Of a stretch of 64,000 nucleotides of DNA, positions 49,208-61,558 are shown one piece after another. Within the stretch, counting starts at the first letter, position 1. Each line of letters starts with the position of its first letter. Where the stretch lies: assembly GCA_045837725.1 (NCBI GenBank), contig JBEWZL010000163.1, forward strand, positions 496,001 through 560,000. Direction: 5' to 3'. The translations under genes and the position numbers were made by a program. The notes under the pieces were generated by a model. The model was not told the DNA's origin. It searched no databases and was given only the letters and a program-made list of their open reading frames with translations. The DNA is from Vermamoeba vermiformis (lineage: Eukaryota).

Positions 49208-49405
49208 AACCTACATATTTAAATGTGCCACACCTAGCTATACTACGTAAATAAAATAACTAGTAAATATATTTCGAAATAAACAATTTAAATTCAGAAG
49301 ATCCGTTAAACCCGAATTCTACCCCATAAATAGGAAAGTGCACTTTCATATGAACTTATATGATTTATTAATGTACAAACAACCCTACAGCAAGTTAAAG
49401 TCCCT

Positions 49406-52400
49406 CTATTCTGGAATCTTAGTTATAGCCTCGTTGAAGTTGAAAATAAACGGTCTCGCGCCGTACACAAAATTCTTCAATTCAGTGAACAAGTTGATTT
49501 CAAAGTCATCGCACTTAGTTCCTAATTCTACGAGACTCGGATCCGCTGCGATAGATTGATCGCGATGGAACTGTCCAAATAAGGCAATACGCATCCGGAA
49601 GAGGTTGGTTTGTAGGATGCCTTTGTATTGCATCAAAATATCCTGTATGTATTATAATAGCGTTAGATCCGGCTATTAGGTACTATTTTTCTATCAGACT
49701 TACTTTCAGCGTGAGATCTGGACAGCTTTTAGCCGTGTTATTGATCAGATTTTGAATGCTCAATAGTGCTCCACACACGCTAAATCCATCGATTATCCAA
49801 CTCTTCAAGTGCTCGTTGTTGAATTTAGTTTGAACGAGCTAATTAATAATAATAAGTATCCGGATCAGCTCTGTTACTTATGCCTTTGATCAAATAAAAA
49901 ATGCATTACTTACCTCCAATGAACCTGCAAGCTTGTTCAAGTTGGTTATCAGCATGCGTACCAGTCTGTTCGAGTTGAATTTTTCTTCGAACTCAGTCAA
50001 TCGTGTCAACTCCTCGCGAGTCTTTTTGAGGAAGAGCGTTTGATCTTCAACAGTATAACGTTGTTTCGGTGGCGGTAGTTTCAAAGTTGGCAATGATTTA
50101 ACGACAACATTAGACTTCTCAATGACAGCGTTGATCGTGTCAGGTGGCGTGTTGCTGTCTTCGCCAATCACAGCCGCTTGCTTGCACACGAACTAAACCA
50201 CGTGTTAGTACCTTGACTTGACAGCCCTAGTATTGCCGTACTTGAACATCCTTCGTGAACAACTGCAATGGCTCAATTAACGCTCTGACTTCAGGTACTT
50301 CAACACCTCGTGCATTGGCAAACGCGTGCAACTAGAAAAGTGTTAGATCCGCATGGAGTTGATGAGATCTTACTCTTGAAGCCAGACTAGCCAGTTCATA
50401 AACGCACTCGGAAATGACAGCTTTAGACTTGTCTCGCAGCGCTGTCACGAGTTTGCTGATCGAAGTCGAAATGTTCGCTTTGACAGCTTCGAACTCATCG
50501 CCCTAATCAAGCACAAGTCAGTTAGAGTCAATAGATTGTGCAGTAACATACTTGTAGCAAGTGCGTGAGCAAGGCACCGTTGTAATAACAAGCGCGTGAA
50601 AGTTGATCAATGGATTGCACGCACTTGTCAATCGCAGCTGGAAGGTTTTGCGCGTCCTCTGACACGTTGTTACAGACAATCTTAAAGTCTGCAATGACAA
50701 TGTTCACTGAATCACGAAGAACTCTCGCAAAGGCTGTGAGTTCGTTTGAATGCTGCGGCAACTTCGACATGTTCTGCTTAATTGTGTTGATGTACTGTGC
50801 CGTGGATTGCGTCACTTGTTTCAACAATCTGTTGATGGCATTCAAGTCATCCAAGGTGATCTGTAATACAGTTAGTTAAAAAATCTTCACGGCGTGATAT
50901 GCAGAGACTTACGTTCGGTGTCAAAGTCTGCAACGTCGTGCCAATGAACTGATTGGCCAAGTCAATCACAGCTTGAAGGTCGTACTCGAGGTAGCTCAAG
51001 TTTGACGGGGTCGAGCTGGCTTTAGGCGAATCAATGGTCGACTGAATAGGCTGCGGCACGACTGGCGGACCTGATGCAACTTTGGCATGACCAGCTGGAT
51101 TAGCTGTAGCTGCTCTTATAAGTCCAGGTCTCGGCGACACGATTGGAGCTTGTTGTGTGTTTATAGCGGGTGAGCTAATCGCTCCTGGAACGGCTCCCGA
51201 GCTCTGCACTTTGGTGTGCCCACGTGGGCTAAGCGTGCTCGTTGGTGCACCGCCGCTACTGTTGACTTTTTGATGATTTCGGGGGCTGACAGGCAACGGG
51301 CTAATTTTGTCTTTTTCTTGCTGTGTGGCTTGAATAGCAGTGATAAGTCCCACCTTCGGCACACTTGTTTTGGGTGCACTCAAGGCACCAGGGGGCAGTG
51401 CCTTCGGGGTATTGGCTAATGCTGGTAAACTTAACTTGGCTCCCATATCGTGCAAAGCACTATCAAACGCCATTAGCTCTGACGATTATCATTGGGCAGC
51501 AATGAAAACTTACACTCTAGACAAGGGCTTTTTAGGTGGCGGTGGTGCGACTTTACCGCCGACTGCTCGATGTTGAGGTCCGATGTTATTTTGAGCACGC
51601 CACTGGTCCACCTCGGTCTCATCGCCCGTTGACAAACTGCGTTTTCTCGCTCGCTTTGGCGCAGCTGGTGCTACGACCTTTGGCTCCTCCTCGTCATCCA
51701 GAGCAATAGCGTTCGAGAGTGGTCTCATAAATGTAGGTTGAGGGTACGCAAACTTGGGTGGGGCTTTAGGCACTGGTGGTGCCGCGCCTTTGGGAGGACC
51801 TCCTGCTAACATCGCTGGGTTGCTTGGCGGTTCGGAGTCCGAGCCAGCTTTGTTCCCCGCCTGCCGGAAAGTCCGTTAATGACTTTAGCAAGATAAAGCT
51901 ATTCTTTAACTTACACCTTCGAACAGTTCATTGTAGTTCTTGACTATAGTTGACAAGACGATGTTGCCGCGCTTGATCATCTCTAAGATATTGCCGAGAG
52001 AATCGTCTTTCGAGAACATAACCGTCGGTGCTAATACAGTGGCTATATTATCAGGGCCCATCATATTGTCTTTCTCGTACGAAGTGATCTGAAAGTCATC
52101 AATAAGCCACGCCCTCTTGCTAGCTAATTTCAACATCTACTTACCTTAGAGCACAGGCTCATAACGCACTTTAAAGTAGCGTAGTTTGCTGGAGGCAATT
52201 TAGCAATTAGCTCTTTTAGTCTGGCGGGCTGAGCCTCGACGAGCATATCTAAAAGCCGGTTAGTAAAGTACGACCAAGAACTTGTGCGATGTTAGCTTAC
52301 CACCAGTGTTGATAAAATCATTGTACAACTCGTTGGTTACGAGGCACTCAGGCAACGCGCGCAAAAAAGCTTTGATCACACCAGCAGCGGTGTGTCCATC

Positions 52401-53875
52401 CCATTCCTCGTAATTCACTACGCCACCTTCGTCAAACTTTTGCTGAATAGAGTCGAGTAACACCTTGTTCGCTGAAATACGAAATATTCCTTGCTGTATC
52501 AGGCCTAAAAGCACGTGTAAGTTAATCTGAGTACTTTTTTAGAGCCAATAGTGAACCGTACCTTTTCGTTCAACAATCTGCACAGCCTTTTCAATAATTG
52601 AAGGCACATTGCTCGATGAACCTTCGCGCTCAACGACCTCTTTCAAAGGAACATTGAATAATCGAGCCTAAAATACGAGTAAGATATTGAAACAGGCACA
52701 AAGCTAGTTATGCACGCACACTCGGTTTTTCGGTAATTGAGTTCGGAACCCATTCGCCTGACTTGATTTTAGCGCTCTTAGTCGCATTAGCTTGTTTTTC
52801 ATCTGAGCTGAACTTTCTGAAGCTCGTTAAATCACCGTGCAGCTTGGTGAGGTACGTGTAACCGCCTTTGAAGTATTGCAAATAGAGCTCAAGTATGTAA
52901 CATTGCTAATGTTGTATATTATTAATAAATATTTGTAATAATAATATTAGCTTGATTGAACGTACCTCTTCGAGCGTTTTGACCGCCAAATGATCGTTCT
53001 CGTCGGTAATTAATTGATGGACTTCATCTCCCTTTTTATAATACGCTCCCTTTGCTCTATCAATATCATCCTGTACAAAATAATATTTAGTATTATTTTT
53101 CGGGTGTGTGGGACAGGATCTGCTTACCTTGGATCGTTTGTTGGCGTTTGTATTCAAAATTGTTTGATAGTCTCGAGCAACATTATCGAATTTTTTCTTT
53201 TGATTCTAAATTTATTATAAGTCATAGTAAATGCGGACAAAGCAAAAAGATTGGAAATAAAAGATTCTCTTGATCTTTTAGCTTGAAACAAACATACCAA
53301 TACTTCGGGTATTTCTTTGTCGGTTAATAATTCTAATGGCCTAACCACTGAAAAGTCAAGAGATTCGACCTAGATCGAGGGGTTAAACTGACGGAAAATA
53401 TTTGTTTCGGCTTACAAAAGTTCTCTGAATGCCGCCAAGAAAATTTCCCCATTCCACAAGTGCTGCACTGCATTTTGCTGCAAAATTAAATATCATTCAG
53501 TAAATTTTCTGAATTACTGCGCAGAGGAAATTTGAATTTTTGTACCGTATTGAGTTCCTGAATACTGTGTTTCGATCGCAATAGAATGTGCATTAAGAGC
53601 TTCTATAAGAATTTTTTGCGCCTCGTCCAAGCCTGCGGAAGATCCGTTAATTTCAGTCAATTGATCTCGAGATCAATTACCTTTGTAAGCCTTCATTATT
53701 TTCTTAATACCTCGTAATGTGTACTCTTTGAAACCCTTGGTCTCATACAGAGTCTGAATCAAATTAGCAAGTTTGTTGTACCGGTAAAGTTACCTACTCT
53801 AGCCTCCGCATCTATTATTGGAGACGCTGTTTTGATCTCATTCTCCTTACGGAAAGGCCTCGTAAGCACGTCCAT
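49406..53875 (-). CDS. RhoGAP with N-terminal BAR-like helical domain, Pro-rich linker and C-terminal helical bundles, multi-exon
   Basis: LFNVPLKEV...VPSIIEKAVQIV...QQGIFRISAN (Arg finger)...HTAAGVIKAFLRALPECLV...NMMGPDNIATVLAPT. ATG 53875 (MDVLTRPFRK). Confidence 0.88.
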
Positions 53876-54050
53876 AGTGCTCTTGATAAAAATACAAACT
53901 ACAACAAGAAACTTTCAGGCAAAATTTTCTTTGTACCGATTTCCTTATTTAGAACAGATACGCTGCAGCAACCGTAGTTATTTAAAACTAATTTATTACA
54001 AATGGATCTCAAACAAATAAATAAGGGTTTTTAACGTACACGGTACCGCG

Positions 54051-55948
54051 TTACTGCTGGATGTCGTACACGGCTGATAAAAATAAGGCAGTAGCAGGCT
54101 TACGATACATAATACTGAACAAAAACGGCCTGTCGACGGTCATTTTGAAGGGTTCATCGGCGGAGTCCTCTGCATCCTCACTGTCGCACTCCTAAAATTA
54201 TCATTTGATCAGACTCTATTATGATGTACCATAAGCATTATTGAACTTACTACTACGGTGACTGCTGCAGCAACGGTGCCTTCCTCCGTGACCTCCATAA
54301 CGGCAGCGTGAATGACGTTGGAAATAAAAAGCTTCAAAATAAGGAGTCAATACCGGCTTCGCGTTAAGTTCAATTAAGTACGTACGTCCTCAGTAGTTGA
54401 CATTTTAGTAAATTCTCCGGAAGAGAAACATTTTTCAAGACCAAGTGCCTTTAAATTGTCCTGAATTTAAGTGATCAGTAACCACGTACAATTCACGATC
54501 AGTGCACACTTACAACGATAGAAGTGGGTCCAAAACGAACAGTAAACCTCGGCAGTTCAAGATCTCCCGCTTTAAACGTCATTTGGAGGTTTGTCACTTC
54601 GAAGTCAGTCTCGGTCAGCAGCACATCCAGCGATGTTTTACCTAAGTTGCAGTTTCATTAGAACAACGTTGGATAATGCTACTTTGGTCTGGTTACCGTT
54701 CTTTGCAAGGGATTTCTTCGGTAGTACAATACGTGCAAACCAGTTGCTGGATTTGTAAGGCAAATCAACGACTTGAACGTTTTCGTCTTCATAGTACCAC
54801 ATTTGCTGCCAGTATTTAATCATAAATTCAACGGTTTTTGCCTCCTTCTCTGCGACGTAGAATGGCTTCTTTATGTTGGACTCCTTGGTAAAGACTTCAC
54901 TCCACGCTCCCTTGAAAAATTGGTTAGATCCGTTTTTCAATAACTTTTTCCTACTTTGAAGTATATCGCATTGGCGATCAAGATGTTCGTCTGGGGTCTG
55001 ATTTGATCAATAATGTTCGTAATTTTGTCTTGTGTTTTCTCGGCGACCCATTTGTTGATCGGATCTGCGGTGGTGAGTTGGTTGACCTCTGCAGCAAAGA
55101 CATCACGCGTCATATCTTTGTAATTTTGCTCGATTGACCTACTCGACAAGTTAAGCACACTCGCGTACTTTGTAATAAGTAAATACTCACTCTTTAGCCC
55201 ATATTGAGTTCGCAATGATGACTTCGATATCGGCCTCGTTTTCAAAAATCTTCGAAACAAATTCTTTATAAGCTCGTTCCAGCTCTTCACCCTATTCACT
55301 ATCTATTAGTCTATGGATTTTCTAGACTATTTACTGCCACATACTTCGAGAGAAATGCCCAGGATCTCGAAGAGTTCTTTTCGAGTCTCACCAACTGAGC
55401 CCTCGCCGGCCATTGCCATGGCAACTGCGCGAAGCCAAATTATTATCGGCAAATAATAAGTGAATCGTTAGCGATATGGAATACCTTCAATACTGACGGC
55501 TGAGATCACGGTGTTTTCCAACGGATTTTCTTTTAGCAATTCTAGTAGAAGTTTCTTGCCGAATATATTGCAAGCTAATCGATATCAATAATAGGTTTTT
55601 TTTATAATTATATTTGCTTATTACCTGTTGAGATTGAATCACCAGCGCCGGTGTAAGCAACATAGGTCTAAAATATATTAGATAAAATAACGCTAATAAA
55701 ACAAAAATAGAGGTATGCTAAATCATGATAGCTGCAGCGTTCGTGGTCAGATGGGCAGTTGAAGATCTTCAGAAATTATTCCTTCGGGCTTACCGTTTTC
55801 TTCGCCGGACTAGTTGCAGTAGAATTTTTTGCTGGGGTTGATGCCGATTTGATGGTGGCATCCGCACGCGGTGACTTCTTCGATGATTGTTGGCCCCTGT
55901 TAGCGATTAGTACGTGCGATTAAAACTAAACATTAAACTTCGTTACAT
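54051..55948 (-). CDS. Serpin (serine protease inhibitor family), multi-exon
   Basis: NTVISAVSI, GSVGETRKEL, INKWVAEKTQDKI, ILIANAIYFKGAW, VDLPYK, IVLP, LELPRF, VIHAAVMEVTEEGTVAAAVT and VDRPFLFSI. Start AT|G split by intron 55946-55897; stop 54051. Confidence 0.93.
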
Positions 55949-56459
55949 TTTGCCTTGCGTTGTTGCTCTGTACTTCGGAAACAATGAACGCAAAAAGAGA
56001 TTTATTTATGGCAACCAATTTACTTTTATGGCAAGAGCAAAACAGAACGTCAGAAACCAATGTCACATCATGATATCGTAGTGTCATCCTACAAAAGCAA
56101 TGTTATCTTGGCACGACACGTAAATGAAAGGGAGGCTGCGCAACAACCGACGAGGACATCCAAATAAAAAATAAAAATCAATCCCATGGTTTCTAAAATG
56201 TCAACACATCGCATCATTACTTGCTCGTTCATGCACAAAAATTACGTGTATTTTCATTATTAATAGTCGGAGAGTACTTTCGAGCGGATCGAATCTGTCT
56301 GATGAGACACTTGTTGCGTTACTGTATTTAATACTTGCGCCATCTCAGGTTCTATCTTTAAAATTCAATTCGCATAAAGATATCTTTCAGTTGTTGCATC
56401 AAGTGGGTTGGTGAATAATAAATAATCATTTTTCCAAACAAGACTTTCTAAACACCACA

Positions 56460-58178
56460 ATGGACCAAGACCAAATTCTCCAACAATTTTGCAGCATTAC
56501 CGGTGCCAACCCTCAGGATGCACGATTTTTCTTAGACGCCAGTAATTGGGACCTTGAAGTACGGAATTCTCGAATTATTACTTTTGAAAAAATTTCCAAG
56601 ATCGGCTAGAAATTTAAAATACAGCCCATTAATTATAAAAAATAGTAGATATTTAATATTAATATTTTTCGATTTTAGGCCGCTACCAGCAGCTTTTTTG
56701 ATAGAGATCAAGGTGGACAACAAGCCCTGCCTCAGCAACCACAAGTTTCAGCACCAAAACCAACCACTACCGCACCAACCACCTCAAAGCCCAAGTAATT
56801 AATATTATTATAATTAATTTCCACCACATTCTAATATTCTGCCTAAAGACAACCTGCATCTTCCTCAGGCCGCATTAAAGGTTTTTCTGATTTTGGCCGC
56901 GATGAAGAATCCGATGATGACGAAGAAGGAAATTACTTCGCTGGTGGCGAAAAGAGGTACGAGCTTACTGCCCCAATCGAGATTTCCGTGCTAATATTCG
57001 GTTAGTGGTTTGCAAATTCAAGATCCGAACAAAAAGAAGAAAACTAACGCCGCCGATATTGTGCAGGACGTATTCGAAAATGCCAAAAAGTAAGTCCTTT
57101 ATTTTAATAAATTATTATTTTTTGAAATTTATTAAATTATTGTTTGAAGACATGGTGCTAAGCCTCGCGAAGATATGCCGGTAGAAGAAAAGGAAAAATT
57201 CACTGGATCAGGTAAAATATAATTAAACACCTTCATGAGAAAGAGAAAAAAGATCCGATCGAGCAGTGTTACTTTCGTTTTGAAGCAATCGATGAGCATT
57301 ATCTGATAGTACGTTTAGGCTACAAACTCGGCAACAGTGTCGAGCCTAGCAGAGTAGAACCCGCTGCAAATAAGCCAGCCAAGAAGGGCCCAGTCAATAA
57401 GAAAATTACTTTTTACAGAAACGGTTTTGCTGTTGATGATGGACCACTCAGAAATTACAATGATCCTCAAAACGCGAGCTTTTTGTCCGACATTAACAAG
57501 GGGTACGTTAAGACAACAATTTGCAAACGCGAGTTTTCTTTACAAAGTGAGCTTTTTGTCGTCGAAGCACGTGGATCAGATCAGTTTTAATTGATGGTGC
57601 TAACAATATTGTTTTGATAGTATTATTCCTCGTGAATTAGAACACGAAGCACAAAGTGGAGACATGCAAATCAGTTTGGAAGACAAGAAACACGAGGACT
57701 GGAAAGAGCCTCCCAAGCCCAAAATCGTCCCGTTCTCTGGCTCAGGCAACACACTCGGTGGTAGTTCAAGCCCTTACGTCGCACCCGTATCTTCTGAGCC
57801 TGTCAAGCCCGTTCAATTCTCCGTTGACGAATCACAGCCCATTACTACCCTTCAGGTAATCATCGCAGATCCATTACTTCGAGCGATTGAACTAACCAAC
57901 TATGATTAGATCCGCTTGCATGATGGTACTAGATTAGTTGCCAAGTTTAACCATACCCACACTGTCGCTGATGTTCGTCGATTTGTCGAAATGTAAGCTC
58001 GTGTAACGGCTGCATAGTGACTAGATCTGCGGATTACTAACATTACTTTTCCAGGGCCAAGAAGACTCCTCCTTTCGATTTGATGACTTCATTCCCTACT
58101 AAGGTCTTGGCAGATAATAATCAGTCGTTGAAGGACGCTGGTTTAATTAACGCAACTGTTGTACAAAAACTCAAGTAA
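56460..58178 (+). CDS. NSFL1C: p97/Cdc48 cofactor p47/Shp1 (UBA-SEP-UBX), multi-exon
   Basis: UBA (QQFCSITGA...[13 protein letters not shown]), YFAGGEKSG, FTGSGYKLG, SEP ([16 protein letters not shown]), [10 protein letters not shown] and UBX ([20 protein letters not shown]...TSFPTK...[10 protein letters not shown]). Confidence 0.93.
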
Positions 58179-58403
58179 TCGGTTCTTTTTTGGAAGATCT
58201 GCTTCGTTTGCATTTTAAATAGTACTAGGCAGCAAACACTGCCTGTAGTAAATAAAAGGTTATTGTTGTAACAGAGGCTCTCAACCTGTTGCCAACCAGA
58301 CTGCATTTTCTATCAAACAACTAATGTACGAATATTTTTATTAAATTACAAAGGTTCGCAAGTCGCGGCATTTTATCGCGATTAATAGGCAAAAATTATT
58401 CGC

Positions 58404-59592
58404 TCAGTAATCGTATTCAACACCACTGCTGCTAGAGGAGCTCGAAGACGAAGAGCTAGAGCTTGAGGAGCTAGAGCTGGAAGACGAGCTGGAGCTAGAA
58501 GAGGATGAAGAAGACGAAGACGAGCTGGAAGAAGAGCTTGAGGAGCTGCTGGATGAGCTCGAGCTAGATGAGGATGAGCTTGAGGACGAAGAGCTGCTGG
58601 AGCTAGATGAGCTCGAAGAGGATGAAGACGATGAGCTAGAGCTTGAAGAGCTCGAGGAAGAGCTGCTTGAGCTTGAAGACGAGCTGCTAGATGAGCTCGA
58701 GCTGGATGAGCTGCTGGAAGAGCTTGAAGAGCTAGAGCTGGACGAAGATGAGCTAGACGAGCTCGATGAGGATGAAGAAGAGCTGCTTGAAGAGCTAGAT
58801 GACGAAGAGCTTGAGGAAGACGAAGCAGAGTTGTGTTGACTGACAGCGTCAAATCCAACGATCGTTCTGAACAGAACAGTTAGTATTAAGTAAAATAAAA
58901 CATCGTATTCGTCTAGGATCCAATTGTAATGCGCTTATTTCAAATTTCCAAGCACAAAGATTGTGCATCCGGAGTAAAAAGATATCTTCGCTCCGTTAAG
59001 CGTACAAACTAATAATCAAGATTCCAATTGCAGAAGTTGACTATAGTGTGTAAATGCATGTTTGAGTACATGTTTGAAATGGAATTAGAACTTAAAAGAT
59101 GAAGGCGGTATCGTTGCAAAACAAAAGATTTTCGAGTTGATTAAATTGAATTTATAACCGCCGATTAAGCTTCTTGAATTAGAGTTAAACGCGCCATTAA
59201 GCAAGTTTCGGCTTTCCAAAATAGCACCGTTTTCGTATTAAAAAGAATAGGATGTAACGATCGCTATCCGTACCGATCGTGGACGGCAATTAAGCCAGGC
59301 ATTTAATCCTTTATAATTTAAATATACGGGCATTAAGGTACCGAACTTAATTTAATAAAACTAGCGCAGTAAATACAGCATCCGCGTCATCAATTATTAA
59401 CCGACCTAGATTTTCGCGACGGTATTATCGAGTGGCATTAAAAGTTAAAGTTTGCACTTACTCCTTAGCATAGATGTCTCTACGAGGAAGCTCGTTCGTG
59501 ATCGGCACCCTCTTTCGTTGGCTTGAAACAAGTTGAGGGACAGCGATCACCAAACAGATCAACAAAATGAAAAACAAGGTTGAGGATTGCAT
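58404..59592 (-). CDS. Secreted poly-serine protein (197 aa, 133 consecutive Ser), 2 exons
   Basis: Exon 1 59592-59462 (MQSSTLFFILLICLVIAVPQLVSSQRKRVPITNELPRRDIYAK), intron GTAAGT...TTCAG 59461-58867, exon 2 58866-58404 (ETIVGFDAVSQHNSA-S133-GVEYDY-stop). Exon lengths sum to 594 nt, in frame. Confidence 0.85.
58425..58823 (-). repeat. 399-bp low-complexity tract of mixed serine codons
   Basis: Minus-strand triplets read as TCN or AGY throughout; not a simple microsatellite. Confidence 0.92.
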
Positions 59593-59938
59593 TTCTCTCT
59601 TTACTTGAGGTGTTAATCACTGGCCAGGAGAATAAAATGACGTAAACAAACTCGGCTAGCAAAAAAAACGGAAAGTTGTGATTCGTGCAAAAACGAAACC
59701 CAAAGCCTTGAAATTACCCTTATATTCCAATCTTCCTCGATTTATGTACAATCTATGAAATTACATTACCCGAGTGCGCTCTAATTACGTCTTATAGTGC
59801 AATTAAAACTCACAGATCCCGCGTGATTTTTATTGCCGTGACAGATCTGGGCAACAAACATGTAAAACTGAATCACTGTGATAATTTTCAGCGAAAGGAA
59901 AAATCAAAACTCAATAATCGTCACTTCAAAGATTAGAA

Positions 59939-61350
59939 ATGGATGCGTTGCGCTTCGTTTCAGTTAATGGCCAGCGAGAATACAACGGCGCAATATTTCC
60001 CGCAGTCCTTAGCCCCAAATATGATATTAAAAAGGATCAATTAGTTCAATGGTTATCACAAAGCAAGGATCTCATTAACAATCTGGTCTTAAAGTATGGC
60101 GTCATCATCTTTCGGGGCTTTCCTTTGCGCAACGCGGAGGATTTTTATGACTTTCTTGGTAAGTTTCGCGATTTATAACATTTAGGGCCGTCTGGTTTCG
60201 CTCAAAAACTCTTCGGGTTAATCTGACCTTCGCAACAGAACCGTTCCATTGGGAATACAGAAATTATATTGGCGGTGGTGGTCCCAGAAAAAATGTACTA
60301 GGGCCTATAATGACTTCGACAGGTACGTTGCACAAACTTGATCGCGATCGAGATCACATCCTTATTGCTTCCACCAGAGAGTCCGCCAGATTTTTCGATA
60401 CCGTTACACCATGAACTAGCTTATTTAAATATACATCCAAGTAAGCTAATCTTCTTTTGCGAGATAGCGCCGTACGCTAAAGGTATGAGGCTACAAACAA
60501 TATTCTTTTACTCCTTAATCTCAGCTTGACCTCATACTAATCAATAATACTATATTTACACTAATCAATAAATACAGGCGAAACGCCGGTGTTACTATCA
60601 TCGCGGATAGTTGATCGGGTTAAAACAGAAAACTCGGCGTTTTATCAAGCACTCAAAACGAAGCATGTAAGATATATTCGTACTATAGAAGATAGGTCTC
60701 AATGCAAGAATGAATATCAAAAGAGTTGGCAAGATATCTACGAGACAGAGGATAAAATAGAGGTACGAGAAGGTCGGTACACGCGTCAATTCGTCAAGCT
60801 CGTGTAACCTTAGTATTTTATGTGAATCACTTAAACTTATACAAATAATACTAGGCGGAAAGAAGAGCAAAAGAAACAGCCACTGATACTATAGAATGGC
60901 TTCCCAACGGAGCAATGAGAGTGACAACTGTGCCAATGGATCCAACCCGAATTGAACCCAGAACACAGAAAGAAACATGGTTTAATAGGTAGATGCTCGT
61001 CTGTGCCATTACTTCGATACGTTTTAATATCTTATTGATGTCGTAGCGTTGTTCTACTGCATCCAGCAGCACACGATGATCTGAAAAACGCGCCTTGGAA
61101 CGTAGTCTACGGTGATTATTCAGCCATCAAGCCGGAAGATATCAAAATGGCTAAAAAGATTATGCAAGTAAGTAGAGTATGTAACAGTATTGAAGGCTTG
61201 CGTACTGATTGACTTCGACTGAAGGAAGAAAGCGTGGAAATTCCCTGGCAGCAAGGTGATGTAATGATTGTAGATAATATGCTCGCTATGCACGCTAGGA
61301 ATTCATTCGTACCTCCAAGACGGATATTGGCTGTAATGGTCCACAACTAA
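59939..61350 (+). CDS. TauD/clavaminate synthase-like Fe(II)/2-oxoglutarate dioxygenase, multi-exon
   Basis: YGVIIFRGFP, YIGGGGPRKNV, IPLHHELAY (HxE), PSKLIFFCE, GETPV, TWFN and PWQQGDVMIVDNMLAMHARNSF. Confidence 0.9.
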
Positions 61351-61558
61351 TTACGTCAGATTCGTCACTGCGAGGTTTACTTAAGTTACTGTAAATGTTG
61401 TATAAATGGCTTATCTAGGCGTTGTATCGCATTTATATCGCTTTATTTAAATTTCAAGCAAACAGATCCACGTAAAACAGAGCAGCTCGGGTTTAACGAT
61501 GCCATAAAATTTCAGATCGCACTTGCAATAACACAAGGTATCAGTAAATCAACAAAAC

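Noticed and set aside
58382-58858. ORF-track 158-aa L/A/R/H-rich protein, and an E/D/L-rich reading on the plus strand
   Set aside because: Both are shadow frames of the poly-Ser tract. Only the Ser frame joins a signal-peptide exon through canonical splice sites.
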